From Adineta vaga (lineage: Eukaryota; Animalia; Rotifera): DNA of 64,000 nucleotides. Numbering within the stretch: position 1 is the first letter of the stretch; each line of letters starts with the position of its first letter. Location of the stretch: assembly GCA_021613535.1 (NCBI GenBank), contig CP075495.1:2604001-2668000 (forward strand), given 5' to 3'. Shown in pieces: positions 40,385-55,252 of the stretch. Below the pieces are notes generated by a model. It was not told the DNA's origin, searched no databases, and was given only the letters and a program-made list of their open reading frames with translations. The translations under genes were made by a program, and so were the position numbers.

Positions 40385-41722
40385 CGTTAGTGCTGTTGTA
40401 GATAATATTAGTGTTCTTGTCAATCGACGAGTTAATGAAAAACTGTGAGAGTTATGTGTCTTTATATAGATGTTATAAGTTTCGCCTGGTCATCAGATTA
40501 CCTTGCAAAAGATAACACTAAAATTTGCCATATCATTCGAGAAGTTATTAATGATTTAACTTGCATAGCATGATAGGAGAAGAATAAAAGTGCAGTTTAG
40601 TTATCTTTAGAATATTCTTTGTTCTTGAAACGTCATAGTGATAAACGATGGTAGAGAAACCAGGTGATAAAATTCAGCTTTGTAAATGTAATATGATATA
40701 TGAATATTATTTTTTATATGAAATATAAAATCAAAATACAGAAAGAATTAGTTCTGGAATGTTATCGAATCAGATAGAAACAGTTATTGCAATCATTCAA
40801 AGAACTCCTTTTATTGTTATTGTTGTTGTTGAAAAGATGAGTTATTTAGTAATTTTTTTCTGACTTTTTATTAATATTCTATTAGAATGTAGAAGAAATA
40901 ATGGAATTCATCATAATAGTATAGTAAGTATATACTTGCACAACAATCTGTTCTCCAATGAACTACTGTACGTGAATGTTGAACAACTTATACATTAATT
41001 ATATAAATTTCAAACACTTAAACTTTATTTTTTCAGTTATTATCAACAAACTATTTTTGTCTGGTGAGAAGGCTATCACTGTTAGTTCTGAAGATAAAAA
41101 AGAATCTTCATATTTTTTCGTCTTATGAATGTGCACACGGTGTTTTACAGTTCGAAATGAAAAGAGATTCTTAGAATAAAAAGAATATTTACAACTTCAT
41201 ATTTTTCAATCATAATATTTAATATTTATTCAAATAAAATGAGCAAGTCATCGTTCATATTATTATAGAAATCGGAAATTATGAAAGCAGTTCACTAAGT
41301 CATCATGTTTTGGTTGTTAAATTCAATAAATGAATCTGTCATATATTTATGCAAAACTAGAATGAGTATTGTTAATGCAAGATATTTCGATGCATTCAGT
41401 TTCACATCGTCACATGTCCCCAAGAAAATATCTGAATGACATAACTTTCAGAGGGCGCTCTTGTACTCGAATCAATTGATTTGATTGGTTCATCTTCAAA
41501 GTCCATGTAGTAGCTGTGATGATCCTGAAAATAATAATGCCGCAGAAGAAAAAATGAAGTTGTTTTGTTTTCATTCAATTGATGTATGTGGTAATTTCAA
41601 CATCGATAGTATTATGACTTCAAATTTCTTCCGAGTTTATTGTTGTGTCGAAAGATTTCGTCATAATCCTCTTTGATGGTTTACTATAAAAAGCCGTTCT
41701 ATGATACTTCTAGATCACAAAT

Positions 41723-43165
41723 ATGACTACTACTGAAACATATCCAGCTTTTGCCGCACTTTCAGCCGATGATGCTGATAATCAATTGACTGAAATTCAG
41801 TCACTTTGTATGAATTGTTATTGTCAAGGACAGACACGTTTATTATTAACACGTATACCTTACTATAAAGATGTTATACTTAGTTCATTTGAATGTGATT
41901 CATGTCATTTCAAAAATAACGATATTCAACCAGCACAACGTGTTGAATCATTTGGAATTTTAATCAATGTTCATGTTACTCAACCTCTTGATTTTAATCG
42001 ACAATTTGTTAAATCAAGTTATGGAACAATTCGTATTAAAGAATTGGATTTCGAACAAGAACCTTATGGTGCAAATGGTGTTTTAACAACAATTGAAGGT
42101 AGGTTTTTTTTTTGGAAAAGAAAGATGGTAAACATATGAAATGAACTTGTAATATTAGGTTTCTTTGATTCGGTCGTTGAAAATATCAATAAAACACTCA
42201 AACAGATCGACGAAACATTGGATGATTTAAAGAAAAATCTTACTGATGACAATCAAAGTAATATTTCTCAATTTGAACAACAAAAAATCAAATTCAATGA
42301 ATTTCTTGCTCGTGTCGAAGCATTTAAAACTTTATCAGAAACATTTCATTTTGAAATCGATGATCCAAGCGGTAATAGTTTTATTGAAAATCCGAAAGCA
42401 CCTCATCGCGATGAACAAATGACAACTAAAAGTTATCGTCGATCATTTGAACAGAACGCGGCTCTAGGTATCAACGAAGAAGAAGAAGCAGCTGCTGAAG
42501 AGCAGGCTGCATTAGACGCAAATGAGGTATCAAAAGATGAAATCTTAAAATTTGCAACCAACTGTCCTTATTGTAATTCACCATGCGATACAAATATGAA
42601 ACTAACACAAATTCCATATTTCAAAGAAGTTATCATTATGGCAACATCATGCGATGTCTGTGGACATAAATCAAATGAAGTCAAATCTGGTAGCGGTATT
42701 GCAGCCGAAGGAATTCGTTACACATTAGCGATGAATGATACAACAGATTTAAATCGTGATATCCTAGTGTCTGAAACATCGTCATTTTCAATTCCGGAAC
42801 TTGATTTTGAAATATCAGCATCAAGATCTATTGGTGGAAAATTTACTACAGTTGAAGGCGTATTTACAACATTAAAAACTGAATTAAGCAATGTTATTAT
42901 GCCATTTAGTTGTGGTGATAGTCGGGATCCAAAAAGTGATAAAAATCAAATGAAATCATTCGTTGATATTCTTTCAGCTATTACTGCTGGAGAACAATTT
43001 GTTACTATTGTTTTAGATGATCCAGCTGGTAATTGTTATTTACAGAACATATGTGCACCTGAACCCGATCCTCAATTAACCCTTGAACATTACAAACGTT
43101 CCGAAGAACAAGACGAATTGTTAGGATTAAATGATATGAAAGTGGAAAATTATGAAGCAACCTAG
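41723..43165 (+). CDS. ZPR1: Zinc finger protein ZPR1, 2 exons
   Basis: SLCMNC..TRLLLTRIPYYKDVILSSFECDSC, DDPSGNSFIENP, second finger TNCPYC..IPYFKEVIIMATSCDVCG, LGLNDMKVENY. Confidence 0.97.
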
Positions 43166-43467
43166 CATGAACTTAATCGAACAGTAATTTTCGGATTTCT
43201 TTATATATGTTTCGATTTGAAAAAGAATAAATATAATTTTCGACATACTCTTGAAGATATGTTCCAAGAACTATCAATAACTTTTGTGATAAATTGAGAT
43301 CAAGGATTTGAATTCTTCCGAATGTTTCAGTATGAAAACAATGATCGTAGACATTTTTTCATACTCAAAATGCAAATCATTTTGAATATATTTCAGATAT
43401 GTTTTCATTTTCGTTCATATAGATAATTTACTACTTAGATTAAACCAGTTTCTATCTACAGTAAGAA

Positions 43468-45694
43468 ATGAGTAAAGAATCAAGAAAATCTTCAGATAGT
43501 AGAAGTAAGTGCTTAGTTAAATGAAAAGTTTGTTTGCTACAATTAGTTTTGAATGTTTAGAAAAGAATGTATCAAATATAAAAGTTTCGAAGGTGGGTTC
43601 ATCTAAAAGTGAAGTGTTACGAAAAGATAAAGAATCAAAAATACAGGTTTCAATATTTTCAAATATTTCGAATTCATTTGTATGCAATCAATATTCTAGT
43701 TAGCAGACGAACGACCGAAAACTTTAGAATCAATGATGATCGATATTGAACGACGACAAAATGAATACCAACAAAATCAACTTTCATCGGTAGATTTATT
43801 CTCTACTCTTTCATTTCTATTTAATTCAATTTAGAATGATGATAATGATGATCATCATGATCATACCTTCTCGGAAATGATAGATGGACATGAAAAATCA
43901 CGAAAAACATTCTATCGTGAATTTAAAAAGGTTGTTGATGCATCGGATATCATTATTGAAGTACTTGATGCTCGTGATCCACTTGGTTGCCGTTGTCCAC
44001 AAGTTGAAGAAGCTGTTTTAACATCTGGAAAAAATAAAAAACTAATTTTACTTTTGAATAAAATTGGTTTGATCTTCATTCAATTTTCAAGATAATTCAT
44101 TCATTCTTCATTTGAATAGATCTTATTCCACGAGACAATCTTGATAAATGGTTAAAATATTTACGGAATGAATTTCCAACAATTGCTTTTCGTGCATCGA
44201 CTCAAAATCAACGTGATCGATTGGTATGGAATACTAATATTTTCATCAAAAGAATTATGACTGTTGTTTAGGGCCATGTTAAAGTATCATTGAAAGCTTG
44301 TGATGAACATATGCTTCGATCATCAAATAAATGTTTTGGTGCTATGACATTAATGAATCTACTTTCAAATTATTGTCGAAAAAATGATATTAAAACTAGT
44401 GTAACTGTTGGAATTGTTGGTAAACGAACAATTCTTATTTTATACAAAATTTAATTAAATTTCGATCGACGTTTTTTTAGGTTATCCAAATGTTGGAAAG
44501 AGTAGTGTTATTAATAGTTTGAAACGAAGTCAAGCTTGTGAAACAGGTGCTATGCCTGGTTTAACTAAGTAATTGATTTATAGTTTAATGAACGAATTAG
44601 TTTGTTTGATTTCCTATAGACAAATGCAAACAGTTAAATTAGATAAATTAATTAAATTATTCGATAGTCCTGGTATTGTTATGTCGAAAGAAACAAATCC
44701 AGCTACACTTATTCTTCGAAATTGTGTTCGAGTATAGCATGTTAATAGTATATGATGCAAACACATATTTTATATTTAGATTGAAACAATTGAAAATCTT
44801 CTACCAGCTATTGAATTATTACTTCATCGATGTTCAAAGGAACAAGTAGAATAGCGTACATTTTCTCGATATAATTAGAAAGTAACTGCAATCATTTTAG
44901 ATGTTGCTTCAATATGATCTAGATGATTTTCGAGATGTGAATGATTTTCTCATGAAAATAGCTGTAAAAATGGGCACTTTAAAGAAAGGTGGTATATCAG
45001 ATACTCATAAAGCTGCTCAACGAGTCCTTTCCGATTGGACGAATGGAAAATTAACGTATTTTACTGAACCACCAGAACGTACTAATGAAATCATTCATAC
45101 TGAACTTGTTACACAAATGAAGGAAGCATTTGATATCGATGCTTTACTAAATAATGAGAACGAAGAATATGATGATTTACAAACACCTCCATCTTCTCTG
45201 GTAGTATCGAATCAAACATGTGCTGATTATGAACAAGAAGAAGAATGTGTGTCTAATAGTGGAAATAGTAATGAAGAAGAAGAAGAAATGGATGATGATC
45301 ATCAATCGATAACAAGCAACTCTAAACAAGTAGAGAACTAAACATCTCTTGAATTTTTTCTAAAATAAACCATTTCATAGGTTCAGTTTACAGTTCAAGC
45401 AAGAGATAAAAGCAAACGATTATCGAAACATGAAACAACTAATCAAATAGATAAACACTACAATGACGATATTCGACGATCTGTCAATAGATCGAACCAA
45501 ATTCGACAACAAGAATTTAAAAAAATGAAAAAAAATCAAAGAAAAACTGGTAAACTAATTCTTTTCTTGGTGAAGTTTATTCTCTTTAATATTGTTTTTG
45601 TTTAGAAAAAACAATGGAAAATCTTGGTAATGCATTAGATTCTATCATCCGATTGACATCAACATCAACGACTCATGATTCTATTGAAGACTAA
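43468..45694 (+). CDS. GNL3: Nucleostemin/GNL3(L)-type circularly permuted GTPase
   Basis: [36 protein letters not shown] (G4), [19 protein letters not shown] (G1), LFDSPG (G3), [14 protein letters not shown], acidic tail. Confidence 0.92.
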
Positions 45695-46062
45695 TACAAT
45701 CGTTGGAATTTTCTTGTTATTATTTCTTTTCTTTTAAATTGAAATAAAAATTACTGCAGTTTATTTTCTAACGATTCGAAGTGATGAATTGAAGTTTTAA
45801 TTATTACCCAATGAAAGGTCAATGGGGACGTTTCTAACTGTATTTTAATCTCTGATTGCGATAATAGATGTTCTAACAAGTCCAATACACTTGAAAACAA
45901 TCGTTCGTACTTTTCAGTTCGATCGATGATATGAACGAAAGAAAAGAAAAGAAAACATGTTCGAATTTGTCAAAATATCATCGAGGGATATGTTTACGAA
46001 TTTATCTATTCGTTTCAAAAGAGAATATACATGCACATTCAGTACGATTATAATATGTATTA

Positions 46063-46984
46063 ATGGCGACCAGTGGTTTCTTTACTTATCATGATCTTTA
46101 TGCTGGTAAACCTGAAAATTACCATCATCGAAATACATTTCGACTATTATCATCTGATACGACACACAGTTTACCAATATTAAATACAACGATTGAAACA
46201 TTATCATCAACAACAACAAATTCAACAGAATCAACTTCAGTAACAACGATACTATTGGATAGTAAATTAGATAAGTTTGTTCAACTGATTCCATTTACGT
46301 ATTTTCATTGGTTTCTTATTGGATTGGCAGCTTTATTAGCATTATTATTAAGTGTTATTTTTACATATTACTGTCGCAGTTATTGTCGAAAACAAAAGAA
46401 ATCTTGCGAGTAAAGAAATGTGATGTGCAAACTGATAAAAACTCTATTGCATTTGTTTTACTAGTGAAAAGAAACAACCATTTTCAAGTTTCTATCGATA
46501 TCGAAAAACAAATCAACTTGGAAAAGGAAGCAATGTTTACGAATCTACATCACCATATCCATTTCCATCTCCTGCACGTCCATGTCCATCAAAATCGGTA
46601 GATCGTCGTAATAATCGACTTCTTCGTGAAGGTCTCGATGCTGTTGGTTCTCCACGTGTGTTACGTACTGATGTAAGTCAAATAGAACCATCGAGGTAAA
46701 TTTTTGTAACACATATTTTTGTGTTTTCAAAATGAATCTGTTTCTCTCTATTTAAAGTTCATTTAGCAGTTCAGCATCCGATTTACTGGCAGAAATGAAA
46801 GGTCGATTGAATATTCATTCGTCTAAATTATCACAAGAGAAAGAACGAACTTATGAAACACAAGTAACATTTCATTTAGATGATAGAAACTCTCATTGAG
46901 TGTTTTGTTTTGTTTCTTTAGCGTGCAAATATGGCATTAACCGATGATGCAAAAGATACTTCTTTACTTGTTGATATCAACTAG
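46063..46984 (+). CDS. Orphan single-pass membrane protein (T/S-rich ectodomain, Pro-rich cytoplasmic tail), 4 exons
   Basis: TM FHWFLIGLAALLALLLSVIFTYYC followed by basic residues. Three further exons splice in frame to ...DTSLLVDIN*. Confidence 0.65.
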
Positions 46985-47123
46985 TTAGTTTTTTTTTATA
47001 TTGTTTTTTAACGATTGACACTGACACAACTTTTGTGTTTTGTGCGTTTTTCTTTTATTTTTAAACGAAACAGAAAGAATTTTCTTAACATAAAGAAATT
47101 TAAAAAAGAAAACTAAGTAACAA

Positions 47124-48576
47124 TCAGGAAGATTTCTGTTCTATACGCCATAATTTAATCGTACCATCGTCCGAACAAGATGCGAGTAGACCGGGTTCTT
47201 TTGGATTAAATGATATACAATTGACATCTTGCGTATGTGCTTGTGTATTCGAAGCAATTAATGAAAAACTAGGTGATGCATCCATTTGTTGTCGTTCCTC
47301 TTCGCGAAAGACACGTATTGCATTATCACCAGATGCAGTTGCAATTAAACCCGTCAAATGACACCTTCAAAAGAACCATAGTAACAATTTTGACGATATA
47401 AAAAAAACAAAAAACTTACCATTTAACATCATAAATCATTTGTGTATGATAGCCACTTATTGTACATACACATTTCCATACTGGATAAAATCCGTTCGGC
47501 GAACGTATACCTAAAGAATCATATGACAAATGGAGTTCCTATTGTATAATCTACTCTACCTTCTTGATTATTTTTTTCATAGGCTTGCCAAATTTTAACT
47601 GTCTTATCATCACTACAAGACACTAATCGTTTTCCAGTAACATCAAAATCACAGGCCCATACGGTTGATGTATGCGATTCTTATAATATAAGTAAATAAA
47701 TAAAAAATAAAAACTTCGTTTTATATTTGGAATATTTCTGTACCTAAACTACATACACATGACCAATCATCTTGATCTTCAATATACATTTTAATTGTAT
47801 CATCATAACCACATGAGGCTAAAATCTACATGAAGTTGGATACGAAATAGAAGAGAATGAAAAAGCTTACATCTTTTTGTGGATGCCATTTCAAATGTTT
47901 GACATCTTGTGTATGTGTTGTTAGAACAGCAGCACATGCGAAATCATTTTCTTCTTCATTATCTATTTTATCAACAAAGAAATAAAAGAATGTATCTATT
48001 TTCAATTTAATCAAAAATAAAATCTTTACATTCCCAAATCCAAACACTTTTGTCTCGTCCACATGTTGCCAAATAAAGTCCACTTCGCGAGAATGCAACA
48101 TCTTTGACTTCATTTTCATGACCTTCTAATGTTGTTTGTAAGACAAAATCTTGACCTTCTCTTTCCCATACGGATACTTTAGCATCGAAACCTGCCGATG
48201 CTAAACGCGCACCACAAAATGACCAAGCAACTGATCGAATCGATCGTGTATGACCTTCAGTTATTGTACTTTTACACACCCAATTTCTTTCTCCTGAACA
48301 CAAGAAAAAAAAGTTGACTTCTCTCAATTTGATTTGAAGGAAAAAAATCGATCAAAGCAATAAGCAATCAAAGTATCTCTTCACCTTCACGTCCCCAAAG
48401 TTTGATCATTTTGTCTGAACCACATGATGCAAGTCTAAACATAACAATCCAAATAATTTCTTTGTACCATAAACGATAATTGAATCATACAATGTTCCTA
48501 TTGGATTCCAAGCTACACACCATACACGATCTTCCGATGCTTCAAATGCTTGTAATTCAATCAATTCTCCAATCAT
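47124..48576 (-). CDS. CIAO1: Cytosolic iron-sulfur assembly WD40 protein CIAO1
   Basis: [89 protein letters not shown]. Confidence 0.96.
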
Positions 48577-48878
48577 CTATATATCTAAGATGTTTGAGAA
48601 GTTTTCGTGGTATTTTACTTTCTTAAATCAATTTCAAAACAAAAAGCAAACATCGATACAACATACATTTTTAATAACTATTGTAAAAAAAAGAATGAGA
48701 AAAAACCCCATCACACACATATAAATATAATTAAAAAGATAAACAAAACAAATGACTCATTATTGGATGTAGATTAATTCTAAAATTTTCGCCTGAGATT
48801 CTATAAATAACACAACATAAAACTGAATAAATGCATAGAAGAAGAGAAATACAACTGGTAAAGAACGTTCTTTTTCGA

Positions 48879-50043
48879 TCATTCACGACAATCGAATGCA
48901 TGTTGACGACAATCGATTGCAGCAAATACAAGACCATTTTCGCAAATACATACAGAATACGATTGAGAACTACGAGCAACAATAGGTGCTTTTGCACGAT
49001 CGAAAAAACGTAATTTTTCAAAATAAATATGTTCATTTTGAAGACGAATCTAATTGAAATTCATATTTGATTAAATAAGAAATAAAAAAATACAAATTTC
49101 GTTTTCTACCGTATGAGATTTGATTAGAATGTCATTGGCAACAAAGTCTAATGTCTGCCGTGCTGATATATCAATATCACTATTCGATGAAAGCATCAAT
49201 CGACCTTCGTCTGCTGAGAGACTAAAAAGAAATATGACAATGAAAGATATATATAATCTCTTTTTTTATTGACCTTAAATTTCTATCTGAACTAATAGAA
49301 TTCGTTACTAGATGTGGTAGTTCCAATTTTTTGTGTTCTAAAAGATTAGAATACAATTATAAATATATAGAGAGAGATATCAAATAACCAATAAATCATA
49401 CCATTGATAATTGCTAGATCATCAGTATAAACTTGAATTTTCGATGAATCGATTGCGACAAGTTTAGAACCAGTTCGATCATTGATTTGAAATTGTTCAC
49501 AATCTGCATGAATTCCTTGTTTATCTAAATCAATCGAAGAAAAATAACGATCTTAGATGATCAACAATGCTTTTAATTTACCAATCGTTAATGTTGAATG
49601 TTTATTTTTCGATCCACTTTGAAGTTGTACACTTTTTTCTGATTGAATACTTAATGACTATGAAAATATGAAACAATTCATCCAGAAATTTCGTTGAATG
49701 ACAATCATTCAAACCTGATCACCACTAAAAATTCGATTAGTAATTAATCCATCTTTGAGTACCACTGGTGATCGAAATACAACATGATTTTTAAATATTG
49801 ATATAGGTCCAAGACTTCCCTAAAGTAGACGTAGACATTCCTATTAACAAACAAACTATCAATATACAAACAAACCCAATGAAGACCTAATACGAGTGAT
49901 AACCAAAGTGTTAAACATACATTAATAAAGACAATAATAGTTAAAGCAATTAAAAGACAATATAAACAACGTTTTCTCCATCCATATATACCAACGGATA
50001 CATTTTTCGTTGGTTTAACATATTCTATGTGCATATCATTCAT
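48879..50043 (-). CDS. Gamma/delta/zeta-type sarcoglycan
   Basis: VGIYGWRKRCLY plus TM (family signature), IVTNSISSDR and C-terminal YSVCICENGLVF..C..C*. Confidence 0.88.
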
Positions 50044-50794
50044 ATTCCATCTAGAGAAGAAAAAAAAAAGATAAATGTCAAATGTATATATAGAAGTAGT
50101 GTATGTATATGGTGTTTTTTTTAAATATTGTTCGAAATCGTCGAGTAATCGAAAAGAAAAAGAAGAAAAAAAGTAGAGATGAATACACGCCATATGAATC
50201 GATTTTTTTTCTCTTAAAAAGGACAGAAATGAGAAAGTGAACAGAAAAAAAGGACATTACATTCACCACGGACATACATATACAGAATAAATGTACAAGA
50301 GCACGAAAAAAAAAGAATGAAATAGACAAATCACAGTAAAGAACAGACAAGACTGAATAGAAATACATTAAGAAATCTGAACGAGAGAAATATTGGGAAA
50401 AAAAAGAATAGAAAATGAATAGTTTGATTCAGGATATAAAAACTGCAAGAAAGGTTTTTGTTGTTTTTTTTTCAGTTTTATATACAAACATTCTCATGTT
50501 TTCTGAATCGACTAAATGAATATATACAAATTTATTTATATATATATATCTATATATGTAGATAGTCACACTTTCTCTCTCGCTCTTTTTCAGACTGCTA
50601 TACTGTTTTAACAGATATATGTTCTCATTCATTGTTGTTTGTCACTTTGCTTTTTCTTTTTCTCGTTTGTGTTTTCTCTCAAAGACAGCCAACAATAACA
50701 GATCTACATACAAATAAATATACATAGAAGTGACTAGAGATATGCAAATAACATACAGAGTAGAAGAAAAAGAAAAATCATTTGATAGAAAATA

Positions 50795-53700
50795 TTAAGA
50801 TGCACTCGATGGGTCATTGAGCACAACAAGTCCCTGATTTTGAAGACAATGCAAACGACGTTCGACTGCTTCTCGATATTGTCGTAATATAGATCGATCA
50901 CAATCGGTAGTTGCTTGTTGACTTAAACTGTGAAATAAGACTTGGGCTTGAGTATATGGTCCAATACACTACAATGAATGATTTATTTTTTATTCTTTTG
51001 AATTCTACTTAAAACTTACTTCTTGAGCTTTACCAAAGAATTCTAAACTGGCAGCATTTAAACAAAGATCAATGGCATGTAAATAAAGTAATTTATCAGC
51101 TGTTAATGTCACACCTTTCATTTCATCATGTGTTAACAATTCTTCTTGTGTACTTAATTGTTTACACATAATCAAACAATGTTTATATTTGTTATTTAAA
51201 TCACCCACAGCATTTCTATTGAAGAATAAAATAATTTAAATTAAAAAAATATCATGAAAGAAAAAAAAGTGAAAATCTTACCGAACACCAGTTGTTGGAT
51301 GTAATCTTCCGGATTTCAATGTATCTCTACAATGACGATGATATGAAAGAGAATGAAATACTAAGAATGAATAAAACTTACCGAGCAAGGCACATAGCTG
51401 AACTAAGAAAATGCATAGCTTTAACATAAAGTGTTAATTGTTCAGCACGTTTATATAAATCATCTACATGACTAAGACGATCCATTTTTGGTCGTGAGGA
51501 ATTATTACTGTTCTTATTATTTAAACTTAAAGGTTCTGTTAATAAACTTGTTCGTGAACTAGCCAAATTTAATATATAATCAACTAATTGAAGAATAAAA
51601 TCGAGTTTATTCAATGTATCATGATGTTCATTCTAGATTGAAGAAAAATAAAATCAATGGTTTGATCGAGAATGAAAGTTAAATTCTTACATCTAGTAGT
51701 GTATCATCGGTAATTTTCTGTGGTTCATAATAACGACCTTCGGGCTTTATATCACCAAATATTGAACTAACACGTCGTCGAAGTGATTCAGCTGCTGATT
51801 GTTGATCAGTATTTGTTCCGAAAAATTCCAAATTATTTTCTTGTTCAAAAAATCGATCATGAAGATCTAAATTTTTGGATAAAAATAAACTAGAAAATCT
51901 AAACAATTTTAAAATATTTACTATCGATATCAGTTAGTTTCTGTCGTGATTTTAGTGGAGATGCATCAATGATTAATTTCGAATTCTGTTGTTGAACAAG
52001 ACTTGAATTCGATGCTGATGGTTGAATAGCTCGTGATGGCGGTGGTGTCGTTGCTAGAATAAAAATCAATAATTCTTTTGATAACGAAAAATATCTTTTT
52101 CAATTTTTCAATCCTACTTGTTCGACGTGTTGCCGATATTAAACTGAATGGATTACCAGATGCAGCTGCACCTTCTGCAGTGAATCGTACAGCTGGTGGA
52201 CTGATAGAATTAGCTAAATCGGAATTCGATGAAACAATACTTGCTTGACGAAGACGATCCAATGATGCTCGACGATCTAATTGAAAATTTCAAAAAGAAA
52301 AGAATATAGACTGATTTGATCTGTTAGAAATATACCATCATATGGACTACTGTTTGGACTACCAGCGGAAATACCACCTATACTTTTAGTTCGATCTCTT
52401 GATTCTTGCATTTTTTCATAATTAAGAATTTGTGATGGAACTGGTATTGGTTGACTAACACTGGAAGCGCGTGTGTCTTTGATTGTAGTAGTATTTTCGA
52501 TTGCTGTTAAAGCTAGATTATCTGGCCGTTGTGATGATGGTTCTTTTGGACATCTTGAAGAGACTAAATCGAATATAATATTCATTAAAAATATAACTTA
52601 CAGAACTCCTTCAGATAATGTACGATGTGAATCTTTAATAAGACGTTTTTCCCGTGAAAGTTGAGCAAATGATGTATGATTACCAGCTAGAGAAGAGATG
52701 AAAATTTCATTCAATTAATATATAAACTTTATTTACCTGCTGGAAGACTTTTTTCTACGTTAACTTGATCTGGTATAAGTACAAAATCATCTGGTTTTGT
52801 TGATACTGGTGTAGTTGGATTTGATGCACGTTTAATTGATGAACGATTTGCATTTGTCGTTGGGCCAAGATTATTTACAGAATTTGGCGATGGAGAACGA
52901 CGAGTATTAATTGTTGGTTGTGATGGAGTTGGTATTGTATTTGGTACAATATCTGGTTCATATTCAGGTATCGGATCAATTTGACGACTAAATTGTCGAG
53001 GCATGATTGTATCCTGAATAAATAGAATAGATTCGATATGTTTTTATTGAAGCAAATCAAAACTTACGAAATCTTGTACTTGAGATAGAATACCTTCACG
53101 TAATGGAGATGAACTAATGATATTGATACTCGATGTTTGTGTTCGACCTGCTGATATTGGTACAGGTTGACCTAGAATAAGAATTCTTTAAAAAACAACA
53201 AGAATATGTCTATTTGAAATTTACTTTTTGTTAAAAATGGATGAGTAAAAAAGTCTTCATAATCAATTCGTTCTTTTGGATTTCTTTTTAATATTCGAAC
53301 AATTAAATCTGTTAATTCTCGTGAAGTTGATGATGGAATTCTAAAATAAATTTACCCTCTCTCGTCACATCTATTCAACGAATTAATGAAAAATGTTCGA
53401 TCACATACGATGGTGCTAAATTAACATTTCTTTCATAATATTGTTTCAGTGCTTGTGGTGTTTGAGCTTGGAATGGTGCTTTGCCTGTTAAACATTGATA
53501 CATAATTGTACCAATCGACCATAAATCAGCTTTTCCATCATATTGTAACGATCGAATAACTTCCGGTGCCATATACATTGGAGAACCACATAAAGTTCCA
53601 GCCATAACACCATCCGATAGAAATCTTGCAAAACCAAAATCCGCTATTTTCAATATAATATCTTGTACACGAGGATTATTTTTATCCGGATGTGATAAAA

Positions 53701-54517
53701 GAATATTTTGAGGTTTTAAATCACGATGTACCTATTGAAGAAAAACAAAATAGACGATAAGCTTAGTTTTTCCTTATCAATAGAAAACAAAATGAATACT
53801 TACAACACTATGTTCATGACAAGCACGAATAGCTGCAGCTAAAAAGAAAAAAAAATAATTATAATAGATAGTGAGATATGATCTTCAACCCTCAGGTTAC
53901 AAAAACTAATGAAATGATTTTCTTACCAATTTGTCTAAAAAAGATCGCAATAGTATCTTCACTAAGTGTTTGTCTTGCTTGTAGATAATCAGCTAAATCT
54001 CCACCATTGCAAAACTAAATACAACATAAATAATATACATATATATGATGAAACTTATTGACTAACCTCCATAACAAGATAAACATTATTAGGAGATTCC
54101 TATAATAGAAATGTAAAGAAGTTTTTTTTTCTTAAAATAGAATTTTGATTTTCTTTTTCAGTTAATCATACTTTACAATCGAGTAATGCAACCAGATTTT
54201 CATGTTTGAGTTTTGTTAATTCCTAAAATAGAGAAAAGAATTTTATCGAATATCAATTGAATTCGTTGTTTTTACTTTGAGAATTTTAATTTCTTTTTCT
54301 AATAAACTTTGTGATTTTGCTAATTGTTTTTTTGTTATCTGTTTAATTGCTACTTGTTGTTCAGGATTCTTAATAGAAAACAAGAATAATAACCATAACA
54401 AATTCTTTCTTTTTATCAACATACAATTTTTGAATGGCCAAGAAAAACAATCGCAAAAGCACCATGTCCAATTAGATCTCGTTTGCTATATTGATAATCA
54501 CCAATTGTTTCCGGCAT
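50795..54517 (-). CDS. ULK1: ULK1/2 (Atg1/UNC-51) kinase
   Basis: [57 protein letters not shown], and C-terminal MIT region ([19 protein letters not shown]). Confidence 0.96.
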
Positions 54518-55229
54518 TTTGACTTCGTTCTTTTTTTGTCTTTAGTTTGATATATTCATTGAGATTGGGTTAAAAAATAAGTTGTCGTCTAGAAACATAC
54601 AAATATATAAACACAAAACGAAAAAGAACGAGACAAAAAATGATGCAATACTAATTTTAAATTTTATATATGTTCATCGTGTATAGAGCTTGTCATCTTT
54701 GTTGATAAGAAAGGCGCACAATTATCAACAATCTCAAATAATATTACCCACACATCGTTGTATTAACATGTGTATGTATGTGTGTGTGTGCGTAGGATAT
54801 TGTAAGCACAACACAATCAGATACCAGCTGAGCTTGTTTTATATACAGAGAACGAGCGAAGAAAAAAAAACGAGAACGTGATCATGTGATGATGATGATT
54901 TGTATTCAAAAAATTTTCTTTTTTCTTCTTGGACTCAAGAAAATATTCAATGTTTATTTCAATGATAAAAGAAACAATAAGAGAAAGAACAAGTTCCTCA
55001 AGGATACTCAAGAGTATATGCCATTGATTATTCTTCGATGTAATAATGATCATGCAATTCTAATTATATTTTTATCAATTTAATAAATCAGAAAAAAACA
55101 AAAATTTTCGATATTAATTACTATAATATAAATTCTACTCAATATTTCTAACGCAAAGAAATGACTTCGATTAAAATCTTCTTCATTTTTAATATCTTAC
55201 AAAACGTACTAAATGTTAATCAATATATA

Positions 55230-55252
55230 TGTGTGTGTGTGTGTGTGTGTGT
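55230..55252. repeat. (TG)n microsatellite
   Basis: Read directly. Confidence 0.9.
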
